A DNA stretch of 64,000 bases from a virus (IMGVR_UViG_2802428818_000001:52564-116563); one strand, 5' to 3'; shown: positions 26,097 to 35,527, counted from the stretch's first letter. Notes: generated from the sequence alone by a model not told the origin. Translations and numbers: made by a program.

Positions 26097-26867
26097 TTAT
26101 GCGCCTGCGGCGAAGATATCGCGCAGGCGCTGGGCGACGGTCGAGTTTTCATTCAGCACCAGCGTGTTCTTGGTGCGGGTCGCGATCTTGGCTGCTTCGA
26201 ACAGCGTCATGATCTGACCGGACTGCGACTGCGCCGTGCCCTGCTTGTAGCTCGCCTTGAACATCGTCGTGACGTCCGTGCCAGTGATGGTCTTCTTCTC
26301 ATCGAGAAGCTTGAACGCCTGGGTGACGTAGACCGACGGCTGCTTGCCGGCGTGCAGGGCGGCGAAGAGGTTTTCGAACTTCTCGGCGATCTTCTTCTGC
26401 GACGGCACGGTCGCCATGACAGCCACCTTGTTGTCGTTCAGATCGTCCTCGCTCATCGTCGAGGCGTCGCCTTCGAGGACGAAGACCTTCGCGTCGAGCG
26501 ATGCCATGTCGCGCGGCGTGCGCGGTGCAGACGGCGTCTTGGCTGCCTTCGCCGGCTTGCTCTTCGCTTCAGCGACGGCATTGGCCGGCTTTTCGGCGAC
26601 CGACAGTTCGCTTTCCTGCGAAGCGTAACCTTCTTCGCGATCGAGGCTCATTTCCAGGTCGTCGATGTTGACGTTTTCGAGGTCTTCTTCCGTCACTTCG
26701 GCGCTGTCTTCGACAATCGCCGAGGCTTCGACCACTTCTTCAACGGCGTCGGTGACTTCTTCGCCGTCCAGGCCGTCGAGCTCGAGGTCATCGAGCAGGT
26801 CGTCGAGAGCGGCAGCGGTCGAGCCAGCGAGAGCTACTGCGGAAGTGGAAGTGTTGAGGTTGGTCAT
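26097..26867 (-). CDS. hypothetical protein with highly acidic N-terminal half
   Basis: AAGGAGATAGAC ATG; trimmed from 26097..26933. Confidence 0.55.
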   Translation of the reverse strand: MTNLNTSTSAVALAGSTAAALDDLLDDLELDGLDGEEVTDAVEEVVEASAIVEDSAEVTEEDLENVNIDDLEMSLDREEGYASQESELSVAEKPANAVAEAKSKPAKAAKTPSAPRTPRDMASLDAKVFVLEGDASTMSEDDLNDNKVAVMATVPSQKKIAEKFENLFAALHAGKQPSVYVTQAFKLLDEKKTITGTDVTTMFKASYKQGTAQSQSGQIMTLFEAAKIATRTKNTLVLNENSTVAQRLRDIFAAGA

Positions 26868-26956
26868 GTCTATCTCCTTTGCGAGTTCGTTCAAGTCGTT
26901 GTTTTCGCTTGCATTGTCTTTATAGCGCGTCATTGCTTGGAACTCGGTAGGATTAT

Positions 26957-27517
26957 TCAGGCTGCTTGCTGAATTGCGACGGGAAGTGCAGCAGGCTCGA
27001 CCGCACCGAAGCGGCGAGCGTTGAAGAGTGCTTCCATCATTCGTGAAACGTCATAATCCGCGGCGTGCGCCAGCGTCTCGTCATATTCGACGTCCGTCGC
27101 CAGGCAGAGCTCCTTCAGCGACGGCTTCTTACCGTCGGGCGTTGCCCATGTGTATTGCATGGTGTCGATGATCTCGCGTTTCGGCATGACCAGGCCCACG
27201 CGCTTGAACTCGTAGGTGACGAAATCGATGTCGAAGCTGGCGTTGTGCGCAACGATCACGTCAGCCTTGGTGAGGAACGCGTGGACCCTGGGAGCGACCG
27301 TCTCCCATGTCGGCATGCCGACGAGATCCGCGGACGAGATCTTGTGGATCTCCTGCGCTTCCTTGGAGATCGAGCGCTGCGGGTCGATGCGCTGATTGAG
27401 CGCCTTCAGCAGCGAGGTGCCGCGGTAGAGGCCGATATAGACCTCGACGAAGCGGTGATCGCCGTATTCCAGGCCGGTCGTTTCAGTATCGAAGCCTGCT
27501 TCAATGGGTTCGCTCAT
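26957..27517 (-). CDS. DnaQ-like 3'-5' exonuclease (DEDDh)
   Basis: Exo I FDTETTGL, Exo II VAHNASFD, Exo III HAADYD motifs. Confidence 0.85.
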   Translation of the reverse strand: MSEPIEAGFDTETTGLEYGDHRFVEVYIGLYRGTSLLKALNQRIDPQRSISKEAQEIHKISSADLVGMPTWETVAPRVHAFLTKADVIVAHNASFDIDFVTYEFKRVGLVMPKREIIDTMQYTWATPDGKKPSLKELCLATDVEYDETLAHAADYDVSRMMEALFNARRFGAVEPAALPVAIQQAA

Positions 27518-27810
27518 GCTGTTTCTTCCTTCAAGCGTTTGAAATCGTCCGGGCCGATGCCCTTGTGTGCGAATATGATATCGACAATCGACCAGGCGTC
27601 CGGGTGGCGACGCTTGGCGCGATCGTAGCCGTCCCAGAACTTCTCGTTCAGTTCGTGCGCGCAGCTTTCAGCCATAGCGCGCCCAGGAAAGCGAATTGCA
27701 ACGTCGGGCTTCACTTGTCGCGTCACATGCAGGATCGTGCGTCCACGACGCTCACAGAGTCGCCAGGAGCCATCCTGTTCTTGTCTTGCACCCCAGGCCA
27801 TCAGTAACAA
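27514..27810 (-). CDS. hypothetical protein
   Basis: ATGA overlap with exonuclease gene. Confidence 0.45.
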   Translation of the reverse strand: MLLMAWGARQEQDGSWRLCERRGRTILHVTRQVKPDVAIRFPGRAMAESCAHELNEKFWDGYDRAKRRHPDAWSIVDIIFAHKGIGPDDFKRLKEETA

Positions 27811-28076
27811 ATCCCGATATCGTCGTCGTAGGTGAGGTCGCGCTTTTGCTCGAGGAGCTCCACGATGACCACGGGGCCGTGTTGCTCGCCTCGGGAGTCG
27901 ACGATCCAGAGGTCGTCGCCCTTTTTCGAGAGCGTGCCGTCCCAGGCGCCATTGAGCACGACAAACGGCAATTCGCCGTCGCTACCCAAGCCATCGAACT
28001 CGCACTGGATAGTCTTTTCGGTTGGGTTGGAGCCCAGCCAGGCCGTGCGATACGGCAACTCTTCAAAGGTGCTCAT
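27801..28076 (-). CDS. hypothetical protein
   Basis: trimmed to MSTFEELPYRTAWL... Confidence 0.45.
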   Translation of the reverse strand: MSTFEELPYRTAWLGSNPTEKTIQCEFDGLGSDGELPFVVLNGAWDGTLSKKGDDLWIVDSRGEQHGPVVIVELLEQKRDLTYDDDIGICY

Positions 28077-28182
28077 GGGCGCACCTGCGTGCAGACGAGG
28101 ACGATGATCGAATAGAGGGTGAAGGCTGCGCCGATCGAGCCCCACATGATCCAGCGGACCTGCTTGCAGACGCGGCTATCTC

Positions 28183-28758
28183 TCATACGTGAATCCATGT
28201 GACCTCCTTCAGGATGTTGACGATGGTGGATCGGGCGACGCCGTGCTTCTTCGCGAGCGCCGAGGGACTCTCCGGCGATGCGCGGATCTCTGCGACCTCT
28301 GGCGCCGTCAGCTTGGCGTTAGAGTTCTGCGAGCCACGGCCGGTCTTCAGGCCGTTGGCATGGGCGTGCTTCTCATTGTCGCGGCCGGTAGACCATTCGA
28401 GTTGAAACTCGCCGTATTTGGCGATCAACTCCGGTGTCGGCTGCCGCAGGTAATTGTGGCTCTTGTCGCCGTCGATATGGTTCACCTGCGGGAGATTGAG
28501 CGGGTTCGGCAGGAAGGCAAGGGCGATGACGCGGTTCACAAGCACCGATTTGGTGATGCCCTTAAAGGTTAAATTGAAATAGACCCGCTGCGTCGCCTTG
28601 TGCGTGCGCTGCTTGATCTGATGGACCTCGCGGCTCATCGATTTCAGGTCGGCGCTGATCCATTTGCGGCGCCAGACCGTGCCATCTTCGCGGGCAATTA
28701 TGTATTTGCAGGCAAGGGCCTCAAGGATCCATGCATCTTTCGGAAACTTGTCGGTCAT
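28183..28758 (-). CDS. HNH homing endonuclease
   Basis: VNHIDGDKSHN...LEWSTGRDNEKH HNH motif plus C-terminal HTH; trimmed to MTDKFPKDAW... Confidence 0.8.
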   Translation of the reverse strand: MTDKFPKDAWILEALACKYIIAREDGTVWRRKWISADLKSMSREVHQIKQRTHKATQRVYFNLTFKGITKSVLVNRVIALAFLPNPLNLPQVNHIDGDKSHNYLRQPTPELIAKYGEFQLEWSTGRDNEKHAHANGLKTGRGSQNSNAKLTAPEVAEIRASPESPSALAKKHGVARSTIVNILKEVTWIHV

Positions 28759-29000
28759 TTCTTCTTCTTTGCGAGCTGGACGCGCAATGCAGCGTGGATG
28801 GTTTCGAGCGTGCGGCTGTCGCTCTCGAAGATGAGGCCGGCGCTGACGTCCCAAAGCAGGCTGACCAGGAGGTAGAGCTCCCGGTCAGTGATGATGCCGT
28901 TGGTGTGTGCCTTGACGCGGCGCTCGAGCTGCTCGTTGACCTTGCGGCTGAGCTCCTCGACGTGTGTCGGCCATTCAGCGGCTTCCGGAGAGACGCTCAC
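28755..29000 (-). CDS. hypothetical protein
   Basis: GTG overlapping TGA of upstream gene (GTGA). Confidence 0.4.
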   Translation of the reverse strand: MSVSPEAAEWPTHVEELSRKVNEQLERRVKAHTNGIITDRELYLLVSLLWDVSAGLIFESDSRTLETIHAALRVQLAKKKK

Positions 29001-29341
29001 TTGGCGAGATCCTGCTTGCGCCACGAGAACCACTTCGTCTCAAGTGGGGTTTCGATTGTGAAGCTTTCCTGAGAAAGCTCCTCGCGCAGTTTGCTCGCGA
29101 GCGCAAAAGCCAGACTGTCGATCTCCCACCTCTCCTTCGGGAAGCGTGGGTAGTTGATAAGACCGACGCGCACGCCGACCTCGTTGCCACCCGTGTAGAT
29201 GTAGTCGGCGTCAATGACCGTGACGCACAGCCCGGCCGCGTCGCAGAACTCTTGGCAAATGCGCCGCGCAGCGATCGGATCGCCGGCGATGTGAATTGTC
29301 ACCGGATGCGAAGTCGCCTTTGCGAAGTGGGGCTTCTGCAT
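28997..29341 (-). CDS. hypothetical protein
   Basis: family B motif abuts TAGGAGAAAGAC ATG. Confidence 0.5.
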   Translation of the reverse strand: MQKPHFAKATSHPVTIHIAGDPIAARRICQEFCDAAGLCVTVIDADYIYTGGNEVGVRVGLINYPRFPKERWEIDSLAFALASKLREELSQESFTIETPLETKWFSWRKQDLAK

Positions 29342-29352
29342 GTCTTTCTCCT

Positions 29353-29372
29353 AAATCAATATTGACTGACTA
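29353..29372 (-). promoter_or_regulatory. family B (AAATCAATATTGACTGACTA)
   Basis: sense AGTCAGTCAATATTTAGGAGAAAGAC ATG, motif abuts SD. Confidence 0.55.
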
Positions 29373-29375
29373 TAA

Positions 29376-30020
29376 TCAAGCTGCGATTGGAAGTGAAGCG
29401 TATTTCGCCCGGCGCCTGACGGCGTCTTCATAGGCCTGCAGAAAGAACTCCTTGGCGCGGAAGGGCTCCATCATTTCGATTTCGTAAGGCGCGACCTTGC
29501 TGTCGTCGTGCAGCTTGGACTGCCATTCGTCGTTCGGGTCTTTCGGAACAATCTGCATGGACTCGGCCGCGCAGACAGCTTCATCGGCCATCTTCACTTC
29601 CTTGGGCATCGGGAAGGAGAGGTTGAAGCGTTTTGCGATCACCTCTTCGGCCCGATCCTCGAGCGGCTTGTAGACCGGGTGAACGCGCGGATCATGCTTG
29701 ATCGGCCGGATCATGTCCGAGAGCAGATATTCCGGCGCGTCGTGCAGCAGCGCTTCCAGCTCGTATTGCGGGCAGTGCAGCACCTCGACCATGTAGCGAG
29801 CGCAATAGACGGAGTGCTCGGCCACGGAAAAGAAGATGCGGCTGCGGAACTGCTTGTGCTGCGTGGCGCCATTCCAGCGACCGTTGCAGGCCAGGTGATG
29901 CGCCACGACCTCGATGTCGATCTCTTCAGGGCGCGGGTCGAACGGCCAGATCTTCCGGCCATTCGCAGAGTGCATGTAGGGACCGCGGTGGACGGTCGAA
30001 TTGGTAACGATCGGCGTCAT
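29376..30020 (-). CDS. HD-domain phosphohydrolase (YfbR-like 5'-deoxynucleotidase type)
   Basis: VAHHLACNGRWNG and LLHDAPEYLLSDM HD motifs; GAGGATCACAC ATG. Confidence 0.6.
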   Translation of the reverse strand: MTPIVTNSTVHRGPYMHSANGRKIWPFDPRPEEIDIEVVAHHLACNGRWNGATQHKQFRSRIFFSVAEHSVYCARYMVEVLHCPQYELEALLHDAPEYLLSDMIRPIKHDPRVHPVYKPLEDRAEEVIAKRFNLSFPMPKEVKMADEAVCAAESMQIVPKDPNDEWQSKLHDDSKVAPYEIEMMEPFRAKEFFLQAYEDAVRRRAKYASLPIAA

Positions 30021-30028
30021 GTGTGATC

Positions 30029-30137
30029 CTCAGAAAACGTTCTGGATGAGCAGCAGCGTTGCGGCCGCGGCGAGGAAGAGAATACCGACGACGCCCGAAC
30101 GACGACGACGGCTGGAAATGCGATAATGGGTTTGCAT
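30029..30137 (-). CDS. small membrane peptide (about 35 aa)
   Basis: by-eye ORF MQTHYRISSRRRRSGVVGILFLAAAATLLLIQNVF with AGAGGA SD; coordinates approximate. Confidence 0.3.
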
Positions 30138-30196
30138 GTGTTCCTCTTATGCATTGAGGGCCGACACCATTGCCAGCCCTCGGGGTTCGCCTGGGA

Positions 30197-31705
30197 TCAG
30201 CCGTTGGGCTTCAGGCCGTGCTTGTCGAAGAGCTTCTTCAAGGTCTTGCGGCAGATGTGCAGCTCAGCCTCGATCGCGCGGTTAGACTTGCCTTCGCTGT
30301 GCAGCTTCAGTGCAGCCGCATGTTTTTCAGGGATTGCGCCTGGCGCTTTGACGACAGTGCCGACAGGAAGCTGCTTAGGCGCGTCCTTCTTCAGCTTCTT
30401 AGCCTTGACGAGCTGCGGCACCTTCACCTTGACCGAGACGCTATCGGGAGCCGCCGAGGCAGTGATCGCAGCGCTCATGTCGCCAGTCTTCGCAGCTTCA
30501 TCCACGCGCTTGCGAAGATCCTTGATCGAAACCTCAACCACAGCTTCAGCAGGTGCGACCGGCCGATCATCGAGCGCTTTTGCTACACCCGAGGTGCCGA
30601 CTGCAGCACGCGGCAGCTTTCTCGCACCTTCGACCGGCGTAACAGTGACGCTTCCGCCCTTCGCTGCACCGATGTTGACGACCTCGAGAATGGGCGTGTG
30701 ATTGCCCTTGATGACGTCAGCCAGGAGCTTCGACGCTTTTTCGTTGCCAGTCATCGGCCGGTTCTGCCGAAGCGTCGGGTGGACGTCTGCGGGGAGAACA
30801 GCGACGATGTGATAGCCTTTCGCACGCATCTTGTTCGGCTCACCTGGCGGGACCGCAATGACGTCTTCCGGCGCGACCTTAACCAGGGTGATGATGTTGC
30901 CACGGAAGCCGCTCAGATAGCCGCGACGTGCAATGTGCAAGCCGGTCGAGCATTCATTGCGCCGGTTCGGATCGACCAGCTTCTCGTCCATCTGCACGAA
31001 AGAGCCGAGCTTCTGCGTCACCTTGCCTGAGTGGCAATCGACAAAGCCGTTTTGCGCGCTGTTCAGAACCTTATATGCAACGATCGAGCCGTCATCAGCG
31101 ATCGGCAGGTCGCCGTTGCGCATGAAGTTGAGCAGCTCCTTGACCGTATGCGATCGGTGATCGATCACGGTCGCGATGCGCTCCATGAACTTCTGGAAGC
31201 CAGCAGCATCTTCGCCGTTGTTGATCGCATCCATGTAAGGCGTGAGGGCCTCGACGCCCGGAATGACCTTGTTGTTGACGACGGCATGCAGTTCTTCCGG
31301 CTCGTAAGCGATCGCCGGTCCCTTCTCTTGCGGCACGAAACGCTGCGTCGGCGATTGTGTCTGGACCGACGCAGCGGGAGCAGCCGACGGCTTCACAACG
31401 CCAAGCACGACAGTCGTCATCTTCGGCTCTTCAACCGTGCCACCGAACATCGCCTTGAGTTGCGAGAACCGGCCACGAACGAACTTGACGACGCCGTTGG
31501 TCTTTTCCTCGATCGTCTTCTCAATGGAGAAGGTAGCGGTGTCGATTTCGAGGTGTTCGCCGCGATTCAAGGCTTCGATCGTCTGATCGAGGATCTCCTT
31601 TGTGCGCTGCGTGTCTTTCGGCAAATTCATTTCCGAGCCGTCTTCGAGATAAAGCGTGACACCGGAATTAGATGCGATCGCTCCGAGAATGCGGACCTTG
31701 CTCAT
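30197..31705 (-). CDS. protein with C-terminal sigma-region-4/LuxR-type HTH (rIIB-like position)
   Basis: C-terminus KSNRAIEAELHICRKTLKKLFDKHGL; ATGA-coupled downstream of GHKL ATPase gene. Confidence 0.5.
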   Translation of the reverse strand: MSKVRILGAIASNSGVTLYLEDGSEMNLPKDTQRTKEILDQTIEALNRGEHLEIDTATFSIEKTIEEKTNGVVKFVRGRFSQLKAMFGGTVEEPKMTTVVLGVVKPSAAPAASVQTQSPTQRFVPQEKGPAIAYEPEELHAVVNNKVIPGVEALTPYMDAINNGEDAAGFQKFMERIATVIDHRSHTVKELLNFMRNGDLPIADDGSIVAYKVLNSAQNGFVDCHSGKVTQKLGSFVQMDEKLVDPNRRNECSTGLHIARRGYLSGFRGNIITLVKVAPEDVIAVPPGEPNKMRAKGYHIVAVLPADVHPTLRQNRPMTGNEKASKLLADVIKGNHTPILEVVNIGAAKGGSVTVTPVEGARKLPRAAVGTSGVAKALDDRPVAPAEAVVEVSIKDLRKRVDEAAKTGDMSAAITASAAPDSVSVKVKVPQLVKAKKLKKDAPKQLPVGTVVKAPGAIPEKHAAALKLHSEGKSNRAIEAELHICRKTLKKLFDKHGLKPNG

Positions 31706-34062
31706 GCTGCCTCCTTATGGGCGGTTGCGACCGTGTTGGCCGGGTTGTGTTTGTCAGTCAACTTTGACTGACTATTGCGGCGCTGAAGAAACTTGATCGT
31801 CTCGATCAGGTCGTCTGCCAGCTTTGAGTTTGGATCATATCTGTCGCCATTACCGATGATGTTCGCGCCGCGCAGAACGAAGAGGTATTCGAACCGCTTT
31901 TCCAGCGTCTCCGGACGCACCGACCTGAAGGTCTCGGCGCAGGCCTTGCGAAGACCGGCCGTTGCTTCACTGACGATTTTCCGCGTCTCTTCCGAGAGAG
32001 ACGTGATGTCTGTCACGAAGTCCCAGAGCATCGCGGCCTCTTTGTGCGCCTCACCAGGCGTTGCCTTGTCAGGGAAGAGGAGCTTGGCAATGCGCATATC
32101 CTTCTTCGACAGCTTCATGACCGCATCGCAGGCCGTGCCGCTGTAGAAGTCGTCGGACGACACCATGCGACCGTGCCGGATCGTCTCGCCGTAAACCACC
32201 TCGCGGAGCTTCGTAAGTTCGACCAGGCGCTCGGCTGCGACTTCCGCAAGATTACGAACGCCGAGCTTCTTGAGCTTCTCTTCCTGCCCCTTCGTCGTGA
32301 TCAGGACGGTGTTCGGGTATTTTTCGCCGATCTGCTTTTTCAGATGCCCGCTGAATGGCAGGCGAGGGCGCTCGTCACGCTGCCAGGTCATCAGGTAGAA
32401 GGCGGGCTCTGAGCATTTCGGCTCGACGTAGCTGTATTCGCTCTGATCCGCGACCGTGAGGTATTTATCCTCGGTCTTGACGCGCTTCGGCATTGCCTTG
32501 CGGTTCTGCTTCGCTTCCTCGTAGTCGAACACTTCCAGCTCGATCTTGAAGTGGGCGCACAGATCGCGCAGCGCCTTGAGGTTCTTCTCGGTCCACTGCC
32601 GCAGCACGACGCCGGCGATGTAGTTTTGAAGCCTATAGCTGAACCGATGGCTAATACCGCTCATAGTCGGTCGCAGGTCACGCAGATTACGCGCCACGCA
32701 CAACACCGGATGAACATTGCCCTCCTGCGAGAACTCACCGATTTTGCGCGTCTTAGGTCCGGACGTCTGATGGCGATGCCCGTGAGCGTCGAAGAGCATC
32801 AGATCCTTGAGTAGATCCATCTTCGACGCGATACGCATCATTGGCATTGCCGTGCGCCGGAAGTTGTGCTCGCTGGCCATCTCGTGGCGCTTCACTGCAC
32901 GCCGGAAGAAGCGCCGGTTATCACGGAAGATCTTCGCGGCGGCGCTATATTTCAGGCGCTTCGTCTCGATTGAGAGGTGATTGCGGGTATCCGTTCGGAT
33001 AGCATGGTAGGCGATCATGTCCGGTGTCGAGAGAACGCCAGGTGTAATTCTCTCCTCGCCGAGATAATCGTCCACACCTTGCACGCCCTTCTTTTTCACC
33101 CACTCGTTGATGTAACGCTTGGCTGCGACGGGAAGTGCCAGCTCAATCTGTTTGATCGCCTTGCTGAGCAGCCGCTTGACCGTTTGAGTTGTCAGTTCCG
33201 AGTAGGACAAGGCCTCACGGGAGGGTGTCACACCGACCGAGTTGGGCGGCGCGACGAGCAGGAGGGCTGTATTATCGCCGATCAGACGCACCGCCTTGTT
33301 CGCCAGATCCGAGATCTCACTGTCCGTTGTCGAGACCGGATAGATGACTGTGCCATAGAGCAAATAAACCCTGCCTTCGGGCAGGTGCACGTAAGGAATG
33401 GCGCAATATTCGGTCTCCCGCGCCACGGTATAGTCATAGCGTTCGATCGGCATGCCATTCAGATTAGCGAGCATGCCGCCCTGCCTCGCAACGAGCCGGA
33501 TATGGCCTTCGAACTCGTAGCGATCCTTCTTGTTGTGCAGTGGGATCGTCACGGTGATGCCGGTCTCGGTCGTCGGAACGCGAACCATCGGACGCATGTC
33601 GGGCTTACCGTCGGTCGCGGCACCACCGCGCGAGATCGCGTAGACCGTCTTAAAGCCGGCATGGCGATTGATGACGTTGAAGTGGTCGGTGACTGCGAAG
33701 GGCGACTTGGACCCGAGACCAAACCCACCGGTCTGGTTTTCGTCCTTCACCTTCGTGGACTTGCCGTAGATGCAATAGATCGGGCGCATCAACGCATCCG
33801 GGATGCCTGGGCCAAAGTCTCGGATCTCGATCTCGGTGTCGGTTACGGTAATCTCGACTGGCACATCAGTCTTGCCGACCATGATGTGCGCATCCCAGGC
33901 GTTGCAGATGGTCTCGCGCATCGCGGCGCGCTTCTTGTCGCGGTAGATGTTGTCGGAGAGGATGCTGTAGAACTCCGCATCGTCGGCCAGGCCGAACGCT
34001 TCGGGCTTACCACCACCGATGATGGCGTGAGTGTCTAGCTGCGCAATCTGCGAAACTTCCAT
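31702..34062 (-). CDS. GHKL-superfamily ATPase (rIIA-like)
   Basis: Bergerat motifs E-x3-NAWD, DFGPG, GGFGLGSKS in N-terminal 130 aa; 786 aa. Confidence 0.6.
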   Translation of the reverse strand: MEVSQIAQLDTHAIIGGGKPEAFGLADDAEFYSILSDNIYRDKKRAAMRETICNAWDAHIMVGKTDVPVEITVTDTEIEIRDFGPGIPDALMRPIYCIYGKSTKVKDENQTGGFGLGSKSPFAVTDHFNVINRHAGFKTVYAISRGGAATDGKPDMRPMVRVPTTETGITVTIPLHNKKDRYEFEGHIRLVARQGGMLANLNGMPIERYDYTVARETEYCAIPYVHLPEGRVYLLYGTVIYPVSTTDSEISDLANKAVRLIGDNTALLLVAPPNSVGVTPSREALSYSELTTQTVKRLLSKAIKQIELALPVAAKRYINEWVKKKGVQGVDDYLGEERITPGVLSTPDMIAYHAIRTDTRNHLSIETKRLKYSAAAKIFRDNRRFFRRAVKRHEMASEHNFRRTAMPMMRIASKMDLLKDLMLFDAHGHRHQTSGPKTRKIGEFSQEGNVHPVLCVARNLRDLRPTMSGISHRFSYRLQNYIAGVVLRQWTEKNLKALRDLCAHFKIELEVFDYEEAKQNRKAMPKRVKTEDKYLTVADQSEYSYVEPKCSEPAFYLMTWQRDERPRLPFSGHLKKQIGEKYPNTVLITTKGQEEKLKKLGVRNLAEVAAERLVELTKLREVVYGETIRHGRMVSSDDFYSGTACDAVMKLSKKDMRIAKLLFPDKATPGEAHKEAAMLWDFVTDITSLSEETRKIVSEATAGLRKACAETFRSVRPETLEKRFEYLFVLRGANIIGNGDRYDPNSKLADDLIETIKFLQRRNSQSKLTDKHNPANTVATAHKEAA
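31754..31773. promoter_or_regulatory. family B near-perfect 20-bp palindrome GTCAGTCAACTTTGACTGAC
   Basis: inside 5' region of GHKL gene / upstream of 31705 gene. Confidence 0.45.
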
Positions 34063-34095
34063 TTCTGTCTTCCTTTCGTGTCGATCGTTCTTCGA

Positions 34096-34115
34096 TCAAT
34101 CAATATTTACTGAAT
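34096..34115 (-). promoter_or_regulatory. family B (ATCAATCAATATTTACTGAA)
   Basis: about 35 nt upstream of GHKL ATPase ATG. Confidence 0.55.
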
Positions 34116-34156
34116 AGCACGCGCGCAGATGGGATGCGCGCGGCTATATCAGGCAG

Positions 34157-34777
34157 TCAGTGCATTCCCTCGCTGACGCGAAGGTCGTCAATTTCGTTCA
34201 TGCGCTCCACGATGTTCTGAGCGATGAAATCCACACGCTCCTGCACCGGCATAAACGGCACCATCGCGTAGTTGATATGACTGTGGATCTGCGACACTGC
34301 GCCGTGAATGAGGGCGTGAATGTGCAGTTGGAAGGCGGGATTAGCCGTCGGCGTCGCCTTGGTCGGATCGACTGCATAGACCTTGAGCGGGTCCATGATG
34401 AAAACCATGTCGTAATAGGTCTTCGTCTCTTCCAGGCACTTCTCGGCGAAGGCATGGGCGGCTCTGAGCGTCAGCTCGTCTGCCTGTTCATGCGAGGTCA
34501 TGCCGAACTGCGCCAGCGTATAGGCGAAATAGTCGAGCGGCGTGCGATCGGTGACAAGCGGCCGAGGTGCTGCCTTCAGCTTCTCGATATGATCCTCAAG
34601 CACGAGGATCTGCATTGCCATACGGTCTTTCAGGCTCATCCGGCCGACAGGGTTGTAGCCGAACTTCTTTGCGACATCGAACGAGGAATCGAGAAACTCG
34701 ATTCCAAGCTGTTCTGCGAGCGCCTTGGCGACGGTCGTCTTCCCGGAGCGGTGAGTGCCACAAACGCCATACAGCAT
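34157..34777 (-). CDS. P-loop NTPase, putative nucleoside/nucleotide kinase
   Basis: Walker A GTHRSGKTT at residue 7; ATGA-coupled to dut. Confidence 0.5.
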   Translation of the reverse strand: MLYGVCGTHRSGKTTVAKALAEQLGIEFLDSSFDVAKKFGYNPVGRMSLKDRMAMQILVLEDHIEKLKAAPRPLVTDRTPLDYFAYTLAQFGMTSHEQADELTLRAAHAFAEKCLEETKTYYDMVFIMDPLKVYAVDPTKATPTANPAFQLHIHALIHGAVSQIHSHINYAMVPFMPVQERVDFIAQNIVERMNEIDDLRVSEGMH

Positions 34778-35262
34778 TATTTACCCTCGAGACGATCGCG
34801 GATCGCGGACGCTCCGGTTGAGCCGAAACCACCTTCACCGCGATCTGTGCCGCGCAGCTCGGTCTTCTCGACAAAAGCTGCCGGCACGTAGGCTGCAATC
34901 ACCATCTGCGCGATGCGGTCGCCCTGCTTGATCACGAAGTCCTCGTCGGACGTGTTGAGCAGGATCACGCCAATATCGCCGCGATAGTCCGCGTCAATCG
35001 TGCCGGGCGAGTTGAGAACGGTAATGCCGTTCTTGAACGCCAGACCTGAGCGCGGGCGGATCTGGGCTTCAAGGCCAGCCGGCAATTCAATTGCAATGCC
35101 AGTCTTGACCAGCTTTCGGTCGCCGGCGAGCAGGATCATTTCCTCGAACTTCTCGCCGATCGTCGCCTTGACGTTCGCATACAGATCGGCGCCGGCTGCC
35201 TGCCTGGTGCCATAGGTCGGCACCTGGGCGTCGGGGTGGAGTTTCTTAAAACCAATTCTCAT
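34777..35262 (-). CDS. dut: dUTP diphosphatase
   Basis: [19 protein letters not shown] motifs typical of trimeric dUTPase. Confidence 0.9.
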   Translation of the reverse strand: MRIGFKKLHPDAQVPTYGTRQAAGADLYANVKATIGEKFEEMILLAGDRKLVKTGIAIELPAGLEAQIRPRSGLAFKNGITVLNSPGTIDADYRGDIGVILLNTSDEDFVIKQGDRIAQMVIAAYVPAAFVEKTELRGTDRGEGGFGSTGASAIRDRLEGK

Positions 35263-35474
35263 GCTGCTTCTCCAAAGAGTGCTGAAACGAGAGCGTCTGC
35301 CACAGACTGCTCGATGGTCTCGAGGACGTCTGCTTCAGCTTGCTCACGGGTTTCGTAGGGGCCGTATTCAGTCGCCACATCACCGAGGCTGAAATACCAA
35401 CCATCGCCGCCTCGCTCGCGACCTGCGTCGCCTGTGTGCTCGGTGATCGTGTAGTTGATGGTTTCGTTTTCCAT
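35259..35474 (-). CDS. hypothetical acidic protein
   Basis: trimmed to [10 protein letters not shown]...; AAGGAG SD; hairpin/family B motif just upstream. Confidence 0.5.
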   Translation of the reverse strand: MENETINYTITEHTGDAGRERGGDGWYFSLGDVATEYGPYETREQAEADVLETIEQSVADALVSALFGEAA

Positions 35475-35497
35475 GAGTGGCTCCTTAAAACAAAAAG

Positions 35498-35527
35498 AGT
35501 AGTCAATCAATGTTTATTGACTACTCT
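35498..35527 (-). promoter_or_regulatory. family B embedded in 11-bp-stem hairpin GAGTAGTCAAT-N8-ATTGACTACTC
   Basis: hairpin followed on minus strand by TTTTTGTTTT then AAGGAG ATG. Confidence 0.6.
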
